A DNA stretch of 43,805 nucleotides, from the NCBI GenBank assembly GCA_934746185.1, contig CAKVEY010000001.1, forward strand, positions 1 through 43,805, given 5' to 3'. Positions 10,454-20,330 of the stretch are shown piece after piece. The notes beneath the pieces were generated by a model that was given only the letters and a program-made list of their open reading frames with translations, was not told the origin of the DNA and did no database searches. The position numbers were made by a program, and so were the translations under genes. The number at the start of each line of letters is the position of its first letter. Positions within the stretch are counted from its first letter, which is position 1. Source of the stretch: an uncultured Clostridia bacterium (GTDB lineage Bacteria; Bacillota; Clostridia; Christensenellales; UBA1242).

Positions 10454-11587
10454 TTAAATTAAGTTTAAAATAATTTGATTTAAAACTTTAAAACCTTGGT
10501 CTGTTGCAAATAAATAATTATTTTTAATATTAATAAATTTATAATTTAGTAAGATTTTAATTTCTTTTTGCTTAATTGATAATAAATCTTGATTAAATAA
10601 AAGTTTATATGTACCTAAATTTATTCCCTGTTGTTTTCGTAATCCTAACATAATAAATTCTTCTTTAATTTCGTTTAAACTTAGTTCTTGCCTATTTTTT
10701 ATAGGTTTTTTATTTTTGTCTAAATAGTTATAATAAGAGTTAAAATCTGCAAAATTTTCATACCTAATATTATCTATTTTACTATGAGAATTTAAACCAA
10801 CACCTAAATAATCGTCTAAATTCCAATAAACCAAATTATGTTTACATTCATAGTTTAATTTTGCAAAATTAGATACTTCATAACGATATAATTTATGCTT
10901 TTTTAAATATTTTAAGCAAAAATCATACATTTTAATTGTTTCGTCTTCTTCTGGAAGTTTTAAAGTGTTGTTTTTAACTAAACTATAAAGTTTTGTGTGT
11001 TCTTCTAAAATTAAACTGTAACACGAAATATGTTTAATTTTTAATTTTATTAATAATTTTAAAGTAGATTTTACATCTCTTAACCTTTGATTAGGTAACC
11101 CTAATAAAATATCTGCGTTAATATTATCAAATTGTGTTTGTTTTGCAATTTTTACTGCATTTATAAAATCTTTTTTTGTGTGAATACGATTAATTTCTTT
11201 TAACAATTTATCGTTTGCCGATTGTAAACCAAAACTTAATCTATTAATTCCACAATTTTTATATTCTTTCGCTTTTTCTAAACTAAAACTATTAGGATTA
11301 CATTCAATAGTTATTTCAGTTTTATCATCAACAATAAAACAATCTTTAACCTTATTTAATATTTTAGTTATTTCTCCAACAACTAAACAACTAGGTGTCC
11401 CCCCACCAATAAAAATAGTTTTTAAATAAGTTTTTTTATTTTTATATAATTCAATTTCTTTTAACAAATAATTAATGTATTTTTGTTTATCTTCATTTTT
11501 TGCTATGTTAGAAACAAAATTACAATAATAACATTTACTTTCGCAAAACGGAATGTGAATATATAAACTTAATGTTTTGTTTTCCAT
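10454..11587 (-). CDS. hemW: Radical SAM heme chaperone HemW / oxygen-independent coproporphyrinogen oxidase-like protein
   Basis: Radical-SAM motif CESKCYYCNF directly after LYIHIPF, and GGGTPS. I prefer the ATG at 11587 (MENKTLSLYIHIPFC) to the GTG at 11647, because homologues start a few residues before the YIHIPFC motif. Confidence 0.8.
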   Translation of the reverse strand: MENKTLSLYIHIPFCESKCYYCNFVSNIAKNEDKQKYINYLLKEIELYKNKKTYLKTIFIGGGTPSCLVVGEITKILNKVKDCFIVDDKTEITIECNPNSFSLEKAKEYKNCGINRLSFGLQSANDKLLKEINRIHTKKDFINAVKIAKQTQFDNINADILLGLPNQRLRDVKSTLKLLIKLKIKHISCYSLILEEHTKLYSLVKNNTLKLPEEDETIKMYDFCLKYLKKHKLYRYEVSNFAKLNYECKHNLVYWNLDDYLGVGLNSHSKIDNIRYENFADFNSYYNYLDKNKKPIKNRQELSLNEIKEEFIMLGLRKQQGINLGTYKLLFNQDLLSIKQKEIKILLNYKFINIKNNYLFATDQGFKVLNQIILNLI

Positions 11588-11785
11588 AATTAATATATTA
11601 TCATAAATATACAAAAAAACAAAAAAAATGAAGCAAATTTGCTCCACTTAAAACATTTAATCTTTTTTATAGTTTTGTTTTACATTATTAGTTTAGCATA
11701 AAAAAAATATAAATGCAAACGATTTTTAAAAGTTTTTTAAAAAATTTTTAAAATTATTTTACAAAAACTTAATTTTGTAAAATAA

Positions 11786-12994
11786 TTAATCATTTTTCTT
11801 TCTTAATATATCATTTTTATGTAGTATCAAATCAGTTTTTATATAAAGTGGTTGTTGAACTTTATAAGCATCTTCAACATCTGCCCCTTCTGTGTTTAAT
11901 AGTTTTGTTACTACAATTTTTTTATTAAAGTTATTGCTTGGACTTAATATTTCAAGTTCATCGCCCACTTTAAAACGATTTCTTTGTTCTATTAAAGCAT
12001 AACCATCTTTACTATCTTCTTTAACAAGTGCCATAAATTCGTGGCTTTGAATTGGAGTTGATGTTTCTAAGCACTCTTTATTGTTGCTTCCAAAATAAAA
12101 ACCTGTTGTATATCTTCTATGACTTGCTTTTTCTAATTCTAGTTTTAAATCGTTATTAAAAGGTTTATTTTCATAAAAATCATCAATCGCTCTTCTATAA
12201 GCATTTGTAACTGTTGCAACATAATAAGGACTTTTCATTCTTCCTTCAATTTTAAAACTAGTAACCCCTGCTTCGTATAACTCTTTAATATGTTCAATCA
12301 TACATAAATCTTTTGAATTTAAAATATATGTACCTTTATTGTCTTCTTGAATTTCTAAATAATTATCTCTATTTTTTTCTCGAATACAATATTCCCATCT
12401 GCACGCTTGAACGCAAGCACCCCTGTTAGAATCTCTACCTGTTAAGTAGTTAGATAGCAAGCATCTACCCGAATAACTAATGCACATAGCACCGTGAACA
12501 AAAGTTTCAATAACAATATCACTAGGAATATAATCTCTTATTTCCTTAATTTCTTTTAAACTTAATTCTCTTGCTAAAACTAACCTTTTAGCGCCATATT
12601 TTACAAATTCCATAGCAGAATATTTATTCGTAATATTTGCTTGAGTTGAAACGTGAATTTCTAAGTTTGGTGCAACCTTTTTAACAACACTCATTATTCC
12701 AATATCACTAACAATAACGGCATCTGCTTTAATTTCGTCAAGGTATTTAACATATTCTTCTAAACCATTAAAGTCACCATTATGGGCTAAAATGTTTAAT
12801 GTTATGTAGCATTTTTTGCCTAAACTATGAGCGTACTCGATACTTTCTTTTAACTCGTTTTCATCAAAGTTAGATGAAAAGGCTCTTAAACCAAATTTTT
12901 TACCTGCCATATAAACAGCATCAGCGCCAAAATAAAAGGCTGTTTTTAATTTTTCTATATCACCTGCTGGGCTTAATAACTCTATTTTTTCCAT
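11786..12994 (-). CDS. Peptidase U32 family protein
   Basis: 402 aa. N-terminus ELLSPAGD...A...GADAVY and the central cysteine-rich GRCLLSNY...R..NRG.C.Q.CR motif typical of U32 proteins. Confidence 0.85.
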   Translation of the reverse strand: MEKIELLSPAGDIEKLKTAFYFGADAVYMAGKKFGLRAFSSNFDENELKESIEYAHSLGKKCYITLNILAHNGDFNGLEEYVKYLDEIKADAVIVSDIGIMSVVKKVAPNLEIHVSTQANITNKYSAMEFVKYGAKRLVLARELSLKEIKEIRDYIPSDIVIETFVHGAMCISYSGRCLLSNYLTGRDSNRGACVQACRWEYCIREKNRDNYLEIQEDNKGTYILNSKDLCMIEHIKELYEAGVTSFKIEGRMKSPYYVATVTNAYRRAIDDFYENKPFNNDLKLELEKASHRRYTTGFYFGSNNKECLETSTPIQSHEFMALVKEDSKDGYALIEQRNRFKVGDELEILSPSNNFNKKIVVTKLLNTEGADVEDAYKVQQPLYIKTDLILHKNDILRKKND

Positions 12995-13060
12995 AGGTTT
13001 ATTATATCACAAAAGTTTAAAAATAAAAACGAATTTTAAAATATTTAGTTAAATTAAATG

Positions 13061-13708
13061 CTAAACATTAATAATATCATTAAAATCTATGTAAAAATCT
13101 TTTGTATTATTTTTGTTATAATAAACGGCAACTTTTTTATTTAGAATGTTATAATTAGTTAGTTTATTTGTTTTTTTATTAAAAAACAAAACTTCACCAT
13201 TATTGTCATAAGCACATTCAATAGTTAAAGGTGCGCCGTTTACATTATTTTGTTTAGATATATTAACTATTTTTGCATAAATTTTGTTGCCTTCGCCTGC
13301 AAGCCTTAAAAACTTACTTTTTTGCTTTAAAAATGAAATTAAAATTACGCTATCTACAATCAATAAAATTACAGCAAATACACTTGTAATAGATGGGAAA
13401 ATATACAAAAAACTTTCAGTATATGCATCATTTAAAGTAGTTGGATTATAATAAATTTTTATTTTTTGACCTTCTTTCCACCAACTAACATATTCATTTA
13501 ATCTCATTTCATAATTTTCTTCATTAACCGAAAAAGAAACATACACATCTTCGTCTTCGGTGATTCTTGTAATAGTGGATTCGACTAAAACATAGTTGTT
13601 TTTTATTGTTAATGAACGATTTAATCCTAAAATAGAAGTTACCAAACAAATAACACAAAAAAATGACACCATTATTAAACAAATTTTTTTGCTTTTACTC
13701 ATTTTCAT
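13061..13708 (-). CDS. Membrane protein, DUF3592-like
   Basis: An N-terminal TM helix, a beta-rich segment ending KIKIYYNPTT, a second TM helix, then a second soluble domain. The start is set at ATG 13708 (MKMSKSKK), preceded by GGTGAT. It overlaps the rpiB 3' end. Confidence 0.55.
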   Translation of the reverse strand: MKMSKSKKICLIMVSFFCVICLVTSILGLNRSLTIKNNYVLVESTITRITEDEDVYVSFSVNEENYEMRLNEYVSWWKEGQKIKIYYNPTTLNDAYTESFLYIFPSITSVFAVILLIVDSVILISFLKQKSKFLRLAGEGNKIYAKIVNISKQNNVNGAPLTIECAYDNNGEVLFFNKKTNKLTNYNILNKKVAVYYNKNNTKDFYIDFNDIINV

Positions 13709-14129
13709 TTTTATCACCATCTATGCTTTTTATTCTTTCTAAATGTCTTCCACCAGCAAAAGGAGTGAATAAAAAGTTTTTAACCATTTTTTTATATAAA
13801 AAACTTTTTCCTTTTAAAACAAGAACATTACAATCGTTATGCTCTCTACAAAGTTTACTTGCTTTTGGATTATAGCAAAGCCCTGCCCTTATGCCTTTAA
13901 AACGATTAGCGACAATACTCATACCTATGCCACTTTTGCAAATTAAAATACCTTTGTTTTCAGGGTCTTGTAAAACTTTTTCGCACAAAATCTTTCCAAA
14001 ATCAACATAACTAACACTTTTTAAACTATTTGTGCCTAAATCTTCATATTTTAAATTTATTTTAGACAAATATTTTTTAATTTTTTCTTTTAATAAATAA
14101 CCACCGTGGTCGCTTGCTAAATATATCAT
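13695..14129 (-). CDS. rpiB: Ribose-5-phosphate isomerase B (RpiB/LacAB family)
   Basis: 144 aa. Motifs MIYLASDHGG, ILICKSGIGMSIVANR and CREHNDCNVL. Confidence 0.9.
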   Translation of the reverse strand: MIYLASDHGGYLLKEKIKKYLSKINLKYEDLGTNSLKSVSYVDFGKILCEKVLQDPENKGILICKSGIGMSIVANRFKGIRAGLCYNPKASKLCREHNDCNVLVLKGKSFLYKKMVKNFLFTPFAGGRHLERIKSIDGDKNENE

Positions 14130-14181
14130 ATTAATATTATATTAATTTTAAAATTAATTAACAAATATTTTTTACTACTTT

Positions 14182-14211
14182 AAAAAAATTGATGAAAGAA
14201 TTTTTCACCAA
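14182..14211 (-). terminator. Rho-independent terminator closing the kinase-topoisomerase operon
   Basis: The minus-strand RNA is UUGGUGAAA-AAUUC-UUUCAUCAA followed by U7. It starts 11 nt after the A-subunit stop. Confidence 0.6.
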
Positions 14212-14221
14212 TTTTATTATT

Positions 14222-17044
14222 TTATTGTTTAATTTCAAAAATACTAGTTAATTCTATTAATTTTCGGTCTTTAATTAAAATATTTCCTTTATTAACTCTA
14301 TTAGAAACTAAAATGTTTGAAGAATCTACAATATAGTTTTTGTTTTTATTATCTGTAACAAATAAGTCAAAATCTGTGCTTAAAATAGTGGCATAAACAA
14401 TTTTGTCACCTGTGCTATCGCCTAAACTATAAACTTTAACACCTTTTCGGCTTCGAGAAAGTAGTTCAAAGTTAGATAAATCAACTTTTTTAGAATAGCC
14501 TTTATTTGTTATAACTAAAACATTTTCTTTATCTACTTGACCAGCAAACACAACAAAATCGCCATCATTCAAACTAATTCCTTTAACGCCTTGTGCTGTT
14601 TTACTAGTTAGTGGAATATCATCGCTTTTTGCATACAAACTCATTCCACAAGACGAAATAAACATTAAGTTCTTTTTGTTAAAGATTTCAATATTAATTA
14701 CTTCATCATCTTTAAGTTTAATGTAACTAGATATATTTTTAGAAATGTTAAATTCATCACCACTAGTTAGTTTAACTAAACCACCCTTTGTATAGAATAT
14801 TAAAGTTTGTTTAAACAACTTTTCATTTTCTTCAAAAACTTTAATAACTTTTTCTTCTGGGTTAAAACCTACAATCAAATCTTTTAAGAATATTCCCCTA
14901 TCTTTAAATCGTGCTTCAATAATTTTATCTACACTTAATTTATACATATTCCCTAAATTAGTGAATATTAAAATGTTTTTATCGCTTGAAGTTAATAGAA
15001 TATTTGAATGAATTTCATTTAATGTGCTTTTTTCATCAAAAATTTTAGGATATTTTAGATAAGTTTTTTCTGGAATTTTTTTGATTGCTTGTTTTTGAGT
15101 AGTTAAAACATAATATGGTTTTACAACTTTTATTATATCGTCTTCACTTATTTCACCACATTCTTTTATAATGTTAGTTTTTCGTTTAGAACCATATTTT
15201 TTCTTTATTTCTTCCATTTCTTCTTTAACAATTTTGTATTGAAGTTTATCGCTATGAACAATTTTTGTTAATTTATCAATTAATTTTAATAATTCTGCTA
15301 TTTCGGCTCTTAATTTTTCAACTTCCAAATTAGTTAATCTACTTAAACGCATATCTAAAATTGCTTGCGCTTGTCGTTCACTTAAATCGTAACGGTCTCT
15401 TAAAGTGTGTTTCGCTTCAACAGTTGATGCACTATTTTTTATTATTTTAACAATTTCATCTATGTTTTCAATAGCAATAATTAATCCGTGCAAAATATGT
15501 TCTTTTTCTTTTGCCACATTTAAGTCGTAAGTCGTTCGTTTTAAAATAATATCTTTTTGATAACGAGTGTAATAACCTAATATATCTTTTAATGTTAATA
15601 ATTTAGGTTTGCCATCGGCTATTGCCATCATATTAATACCAAAAGTTACTTGTAAATCTGTATATTTATATAAATAATTGATTATTTTTTGTGGGTCTGT
15701 GCCACCTTTTAAGGTTATAACCCCTCTTATGCCTTGTCTTCCACTTTCATCTCTAATATCTGTAATGCACGATAAAGTGTCCTTATTATTTTCTTTTAAT
15801 TCACTTATTTTGTGCAAGCATAGCGCTTTATTTACGCCATAAGGAAACTCACTTATAATTAAGTTAATTTTATCTGTTTTTGTGGTTTCTACATCAATTT
15901 TAGCACGAAGTATAACTTTTCCTTTACCTGTTTCGTACGCTTGTTTAACTTCGTTTAATCCTACAATAACACCACCAGTTGGAAAATCAGGACCTTTTAA
16001 AATTTGCATCAATTCATCAACTGTAATGTTTGGGTTATCTATATAAGCCGTGCAAGCATCAATACTTTCAGCTAAATTATGGCTAGCAAATTTAGTTGCT
16101 ATACCTACTGCTATGCCCATATTACCATTTACTAATATGTTAGGAAAACGACTAGGAAGTGTATCTGGTTCTAAAAGTTTATCATCGTAGTTTAAACTCC
16201 ATTTAACAGTATCTTTATCTATATCTCTTAAAAGTTCTAAACTTAAATCTTTTAGTTTTGCTTCTGTATAACGATAAGCTGCTGCACCATCGCCGTCCAT
16301 AGAACCAAAGTTGCCGTGTCCATAAACTAATGGTTCTCGCATATTGAAATCTTGTGCAAGTTTTACCATAGCATCATAAACAGATGTATCTCCGTGTGGG
16401 TGATATTTGCCGATGACATCACCAACTATTGTTGCCGATTTTCTAAAAGGTTTATCAGGGGTTAAACCTTGTTCGTACATATCGTAAATAATTCTTCGTT
16501 GTACTGGCTTCAAACCATCTTCAACTCGAGGTAAAGCTCTATCTAAAATAACATATTCGGAATATGGCATCATTGCTTCATTCATAACTTGTTTAATGCT
16601 TTTTAGAATATTGCCTTCGGCGTCTTTTTCAATGTTATCACTATTATTTCCGTTAAAATTGTCATCAATAGAAATAAAATCGTTATTAAACGAATTATCG
16701 CCAATTGTATTATTATTTATTTCGTTTTGCTCGTCAAAATTTAAACTTTCACTATCTACAACATATTCGTTTAAATCTTCAAGTTGTTTTTTCTTTTTAT
16801 ATTCGGTTACTCGTTTAGATACTTTTGGTGCAGAAATTTCTTTTTCAACTATTTTTTCTACTTTAATTTCTTTTTTATCACTCTTTTTACTTGTTGACGA
16901 TTTTTTAGCACTTATTTCTTTTTTTGTTTCTGTTTTAGGATTTTTACTATTTAAAACTAAATCATCAAACATCATTTGATTTTTTTGTGGAGTTTTATTA
17001 TCGTCTAAATTTTCATCATCTAAATCTCTTTCGTCAAAAATCAT
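14222..17044 (-). CDS. parC: Type IIA topoisomerase subunit A (ParC-like, no GyrA box) with a ~150-aa low-complexity N-terminal extension
   Basis: 940 aa. The conserved core starts near [27 protein letters not shown]. The catalytic region [11 protein letters not shown] is present. The C-terminal beta-pinwheel region has no QRRGGKG GyrA box. The start ATG 17044 overlaps the B-subunit TGA (ATGA) and follows a strong SD (GGAGGAG), so the extension is very likely translated. Confidence 0.88.
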   Translation of the reverse strand: MIFDERDLDDENLDDNKTPQKNQMMFDDLVLNSKNPKTETKKEISAKKSSTSKKSDKKEIKVEKIVEKEISAPKVSKRVTEYKKKKQLEDLNEYVVDSESLNFDEQNEINNNTIGDNSFNNDFISIDDNFNGNNSDNIEKDAEGNILKSIKQVMNEAMMPYSEYVILDRALPRVEDGLKPVQRRIIYDMYEQGLTPDKPFRKSATIVGDVIGKYHPHGDTSVYDAMVKLAQDFNMREPLVYGHGNFGSMDGDGAAAYRYTEAKLKDLSLELLRDIDKDTVKWSLNYDDKLLEPDTLPSRFPNILVNGNMGIAVGIATKFASHNLAESIDACTAYIDNPNITVDELMQILKGPDFPTGGVIVGLNEVKQAYETGKGKVILRAKIDVETTKTDKINLIISEFPYGVNKALCLHKISELKENNKDTLSCITDIRDESGRQGIRGVITLKGGTDPQKIINYLYKYTDLQVTFGINMMAIADGKPKLLTLKDILGYYTRYQKDIILKRTTYDLNVAKEKEHILHGLIIAIENIDEIVKIIKNSASTVEAKHTLRDRYDLSERQAQAILDMRLSRLTNLEVEKLRAEIAELLKLIDKLTKIVHSDKLQYKIVKEEMEEIKKKYGSKRKTNIIKECGEISEDDIIKVVKPYYVLTTQKQAIKKIPEKTYLKYPKIFDEKSTLNEIHSNILLTSSDKNILIFTNLGNMYKLSVDKIIEARFKDRGIFLKDLIVGFNPEEKVIKVFEENEKLFKQTLIFYTKGGLVKLTSGDEFNISKNISSYIKLKDDEVINIEIFNKKNLMFISSCGMSLYAKSDDIPLTSKTAQGVKGISLNDGDFVVFAGQVDKENVLVITNKGYSKKVDLSNFELLSRSRKGVKVYSLGDSTGDKIVYATILSTDFDLFVTDNKNKNYIVDSSNILVSNRVNKGNILIKDRKLIELTSIFEIKQ

Positions 17045-19260
17045 TTTCTCTCCTCCATAAATTCATCAATTCTGTTAAAGTTTGCATTTTGTGTTATATA
17101 ATTTTTTCTTGCTTCAATATCATCGCCCATCCAAGTAGTTATAAACTTTTCAGCTTCTATTGCATCATCAATTGTAACCTTAATTAATTTTCGGTTTTTA
17201 GGGTCCATAGTAGTTTCCCATAATTGTTCTGGGTCCATTTCGCCTAATCCTTTATATCGTTGAACTTCGTAGCCTTTCCCTAATGTAGTTTTAGCATCTT
17301 CTAAATCTTGGTCTGTATAAGCATAAATCACTTTATCTTTTTTATAAACTTTATAAAGTGGTGGCATACCTAAAAACACGTGTCCCTCTTTAATAAGTTC
17401 AAGCATATATCTATAAAAGAATGTTAATAAAATGGCTTTAATGTGTCCACCATCTTGGTCGGCATCCGACAAAATTATTATTTTATGATATTTTAAACTA
17501 TTTATATCAAAATTTTCGGCAATTCCTGTGCCTAATGCACTAATTATTGTTTGTATTTCTTCGTTTTGAAGTGCTTGTTCTAGTCTTTTCTTTTCAACAT
17601 TTAGTGGTTTTCCTCTTAGTGGCAAAATTGCTTGAAAAAATCTATCACGACCTTGTTTAGCGCTACCACCAGCAGAATCGCCCTCTACTATAAACACTTC
17701 GTTAAGTTCGGCTTTTCTACCTGTACAAGCAGCAAATTTGCCTATTAAGTTAAAAGTTTCGGCGTTGTTTTTATGACGAGAAAGTTCTTTCGCTTTTTTA
17801 ACATTCTCTCTTGTTTTAGCTGCTTGCTTTGCCTTATTTATTATAATTTCAAAGTTCTTTTTGTTTTCATTTTTTACTAAAAGTTTTTCTAGTTCTGTGT
17901 AAACAATATTTTCAACTTCGGGTTTTGCTTCAGGATTACCTAATTTTGCTTTAGTTTGACCTTCAAATTGAACATTACGCATATTTATTGATAAAACTAC
18001 GGTTAAACCTTCTCTAAAATCATCTCCTAATAAATTAGGTTCTTTATCTTTTAAAAAATTGTATTTACGCGCTGTTTCATTAAAAATTCTAGTTAATGCA
18101 CTCTTAAAACCTGTTTCGTGCGTTCCACCTTCGTTTGTTGGAATGTTGTTTACAAACGAATAAAAATTTTCAACATATTCGTCTGTGTGAATAAACGATG
18201 CTTTAACTTTTACAATATCACTTTCGCCTTCTAAATAAAATGGATTAGCATATAAAGCTTTTTTGTTTGCAGTTATATCTAAAACAAAATCTTTAATGCC
18301 ACCATCAAACTTAAATTGCTTTACAAAAGTTTTTTCATCTCTTTCATCAATAAAGTTAATAATTAAGCCTTTGTTTAAATATGCTAGTTCTTTAAGTTTA
18401 TTGTAAATAACTTCTCTATTAAATGATAAATCTTTAAAAACTCGTTTATCAGGTAAAAAATGTACTTTTGTACCAGTTTCTTTTGTTTCGCCAATTTCTT
18501 TTAAATGAGTTTTTATAATACCACTTTTTATTACGCCGTTTACAACTTTACTTTCAAATTCGGCATAATATACTTTACCATCTCTTTTAACGGTTACATT
18601 AAACCATTCACTTAAAGCGTTTGCAACACTAGCACCAACGCCGTGTAATCCACCAGAATATTTATAATTATCACTTTCAAACTTACCACCAGCGTGAAGT
18701 TGAGTATAAACAACTTCTACACCACTTATTTTAAGTTTTGGGTGAATATCAACTGGAACACCACGACCATTATCTTCTACACTACAACTGCCATCTTTAT
18801 ATAAAGTTACAGTTATTTTATTGCCATAGCCATTAGAAATTTCATCAATCGAGTTATCAATAATTTCCCAAAGCAAATGATGATAACCTTTACTTCCCGT
18901 AGTTCCTATATACATACCGGGTCGCATTCTAACAGCATCTAACCCTTCTAAAACTTCTATATCTTTTGCATTATAACTTTTAGCCAAAGTATTTTCTAAA
19001 ATTTCATAATCATTTTGAGAATTTTCTCCAATTTTTTTCAAAATATCATTTCTAACCTTAACCTTATCTAAAAACTCAGTTTTAAAAAACGGAAAAATCT
19101 CTTTGCTTTTTAAGTTTTCGCTATTTGCTAAATTATATAAAATCAATCCACTAAATTTACTTAACGCTTCTTTCTCTTCTAATGAAGAATTATAGATATA
19201 TTCTCCATTTTCTCTTGTCAATATTCCAAGTTTATAATCTTTATAATATAAAACTACCAT
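17041..19260 (-). CDS. parE: Type IIA topoisomerase subunit B (ParE/GyrB family) fused to a ~95-aa N-terminal HipA-N/HipS-like domain
   Basis: 739 aa. From about aa 96 it is a canonical B subunit: [24 protein letters not shown], the GHKL ATPase ([27 protein letters not shown]) and the TOPRIM domain ([27 protein letters not shown]). Residues 1-95 ([24 protein letters not shown]...[33 protein letters not shown]) follow the HipA N-terminal pattern. The start ATG overlaps the kinase stop (TAATG) and follows an AAAGGAG SD. Confidence 0.88.
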   Translation of the reverse strand: MVVLYYKDYKLGILTRENGEYIYNSSLEEKEALSKFSGLILYNLANSENLKSKEIFPFFKTEFLDKVKVRNDILKKIGENSQNDYEILENTLAKSYNAKDIEVLEGLDAVRMRPGMYIGTTGSKGYHHLLWEIIDNSIDEISNGYGNKITVTLYKDGSCSVEDNGRGVPVDIHPKLKISGVEVVYTQLHAGGKFESDNYKYSGGLHGVGASVANALSEWFNVTVKRDGKVYYAEFESKVVNGVIKSGIIKTHLKEIGETKETGTKVHFLPDKRVFKDLSFNREVIYNKLKELAYLNKGLIINFIDERDEKTFVKQFKFDGGIKDFVLDITANKKALYANPFYLEGESDIVKVKASFIHTDEYVENFYSFVNNIPTNEGGTHETGFKSALTRIFNETARKYNFLKDKEPNLLGDDFREGLTVVLSINMRNVQFEGQTKAKLGNPEAKPEVENIVYTELEKLLVKNENKKNFEIIINKAKQAAKTRENVKKAKELSRHKNNAETFNLIGKFAACTGRKAELNEVFIVEGDSAGGSAKQGRDRFFQAILPLRGKPLNVEKKRLEQALQNEEIQTIISALGTGIAENFDINSLKYHKIIILSDADQDGGHIKAILLTFFYRYMLELIKEGHVFLGMPPLYKVYKKDKVIYAYTDQDLEDAKTTLGKGYEVQRYKGLGEMDPEQLWETTMDPKNRKLIKVTIDDAIEAEKFITTWMGDDIEARKNYITQNANFNRIDEFMEERK

Positions 19261-20234
19261 TAAAACTGCTCCTTTACTTCGTCTTCAACATTTTTAATAC
19301 ATTGTTTGCATAGTTCAATGTCTAACTCTTTAATTCGTTTTTTAACAGCCATTATCATCGTTTCTTTATAAATTAACGGAAGTTCGCGTTTATAAATAGA
19401 GCACATAAATTCAATTTCTTTTTCAAAGTCTAATTCTTTAAATTTATTATATAAGTTCTGTAAAGGTTTATTTCTTAAAATTTCAGTTGCTAAATCTTTA
19501 ATTATTGCTTTATAAGGTTCGCTAGTTTTTTCTGTGTATTCTATATAAAATTTAGGTGCAAAACCTTTTTCGCACACATCAAGTTCACTATTTTCTTTAA
19601 ATGCTGTGTTAAACATATTTATACCTGCACTACTACAATCAAGGAATAAACAAAAACCATTATCAAACATAGGTGCTAATTTAATAACTTTATCATTAAC
19701 CTTGTTTTTTTCTATTAAAAATTCAATGTTATTTGCGTGTCTATCTCGTTGATATAATAAATAATCCATTAAAGCCATTTCTTTTAAATTTTGCTCTAAG
19801 TTTTTATCAATTTTTAAATTTTTTTCTTCGGCAAATTCTTTTACTAAACTAAGTGCTTCATTAACCGTGTATCCGTTTTGTTTTCTTCTGCCATAAATAG
19901 ATTTTATGCAAGAAAGCGAGATTGTTTCTTCAACATTCTTTGTTCGGTAATCTTCTATTAACGAACCATAAACTTCGGTGTCTTCAAAAACGCTTCTATG
20001 AAATATACTTTTTACAGCGTTGTAGCCAAGTAGATATGACAAATAACTTGTAAATACTTCGCCAAAATCACTATAATCATTATTAGTTGGCATTTTAAAA
20101 AGATATTTTTTATTTTTAGCATATAGCCAATATTTAGGACAAATGCCTGAAAGTCCATTTTCAATTTCTAAAACTTTTAATAATTTATTTTGTAATTTTT
20201 TAAATTCTTTTTTCAGTAAATCACTACTATTCAT
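19260..20234 (-). CDS. HipA-family serine/threonine kinase core (HipT-like; lacks the HipA N-terminal subdomain)
   Basis: 324 aa. Gly-rich loop GLSGICPKYWL..KKYLFKMP about 28 aa from the N-terminus, catalytic motif RDRHANNIEF (D-x-H-x-x-N), and LAPMFDNG (the Mg-binding DxG equivalent). No HTH (HipB-like) gene lies upstream. Confidence 0.8.
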   Translation of the reverse strand: MNSSDLLKKEFKKLQNKLLKVLEIENGLSGICPKYWLYAKNKKYLFKMPTNNDYSDFGEVFTSYLSYLLGYNAVKSIFHRSVFEDTEVYGSLIEDYRTKNVEETISLSCIKSIYGRRKQNGYTVNEALSLVKEFAEEKNLKIDKNLEQNLKEMALMDYLLYQRDRHANNIEFLIEKNKVNDKVIKLAPMFDNGFCLFLDCSSAGINMFNTAFKENSELDVCEKGFAPKFYIEYTEKTSEPYKAIIKDLATEILRNKPLQNLYNKFKELDFEKEIEFMCSIYKRELPLIYKETMIMAVKKRIKELDIELCKQCIKNVEDEVKEQF

Positions 20235-20240
20235 AGTTAT

Positions 20241-20269
20241 ATTATATATAAATAGTAAAAAATTGTCAA
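20241..20269 (-). promoter_or_regulatory. Consensus sigma-A promoter for the kinase-topoisomerase operon, with leaderless geometry
   Basis: Minus strand reads TTGACA (20269-20264), a 17-nt spacer, then TATAAT (20246-20241). Only 6 nt (ATAACT) separate the -10 from the kinase ATG at 20234, and there is no SD. Confidence 0.65.
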
Positions 20270-20330
20270 TGATAAAATTTTTTTATTTCATATAAAAACA
20301 AATTAAACATAAAATAATTATGGAGTGAGT

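Noticed and set aside
17041-17044. An alternative genetic code (TGA = Trp, Mollicutes-like), suggested by the very low GC content.
   Set aside because: The B-subunit gene ends at TGA exactly where homologues end, and this overlaps the next ATG. Trp is encoded by TGG throughout (for example WGQQVY, WRGANY). All conserved proteins are full length under the standard code.
14222-19260. Calling the topoisomerase pair gyrB/gyrA.
   Set aside because: The A subunit has no recognisable GyrA box (QRRGGKG) at the start of its C-terminal domain, and the locus is not next to dnaA/dnaN/recF. It is therefore labelled ParE/ParC-like, but the distinction cannot be proven without phylogeny.
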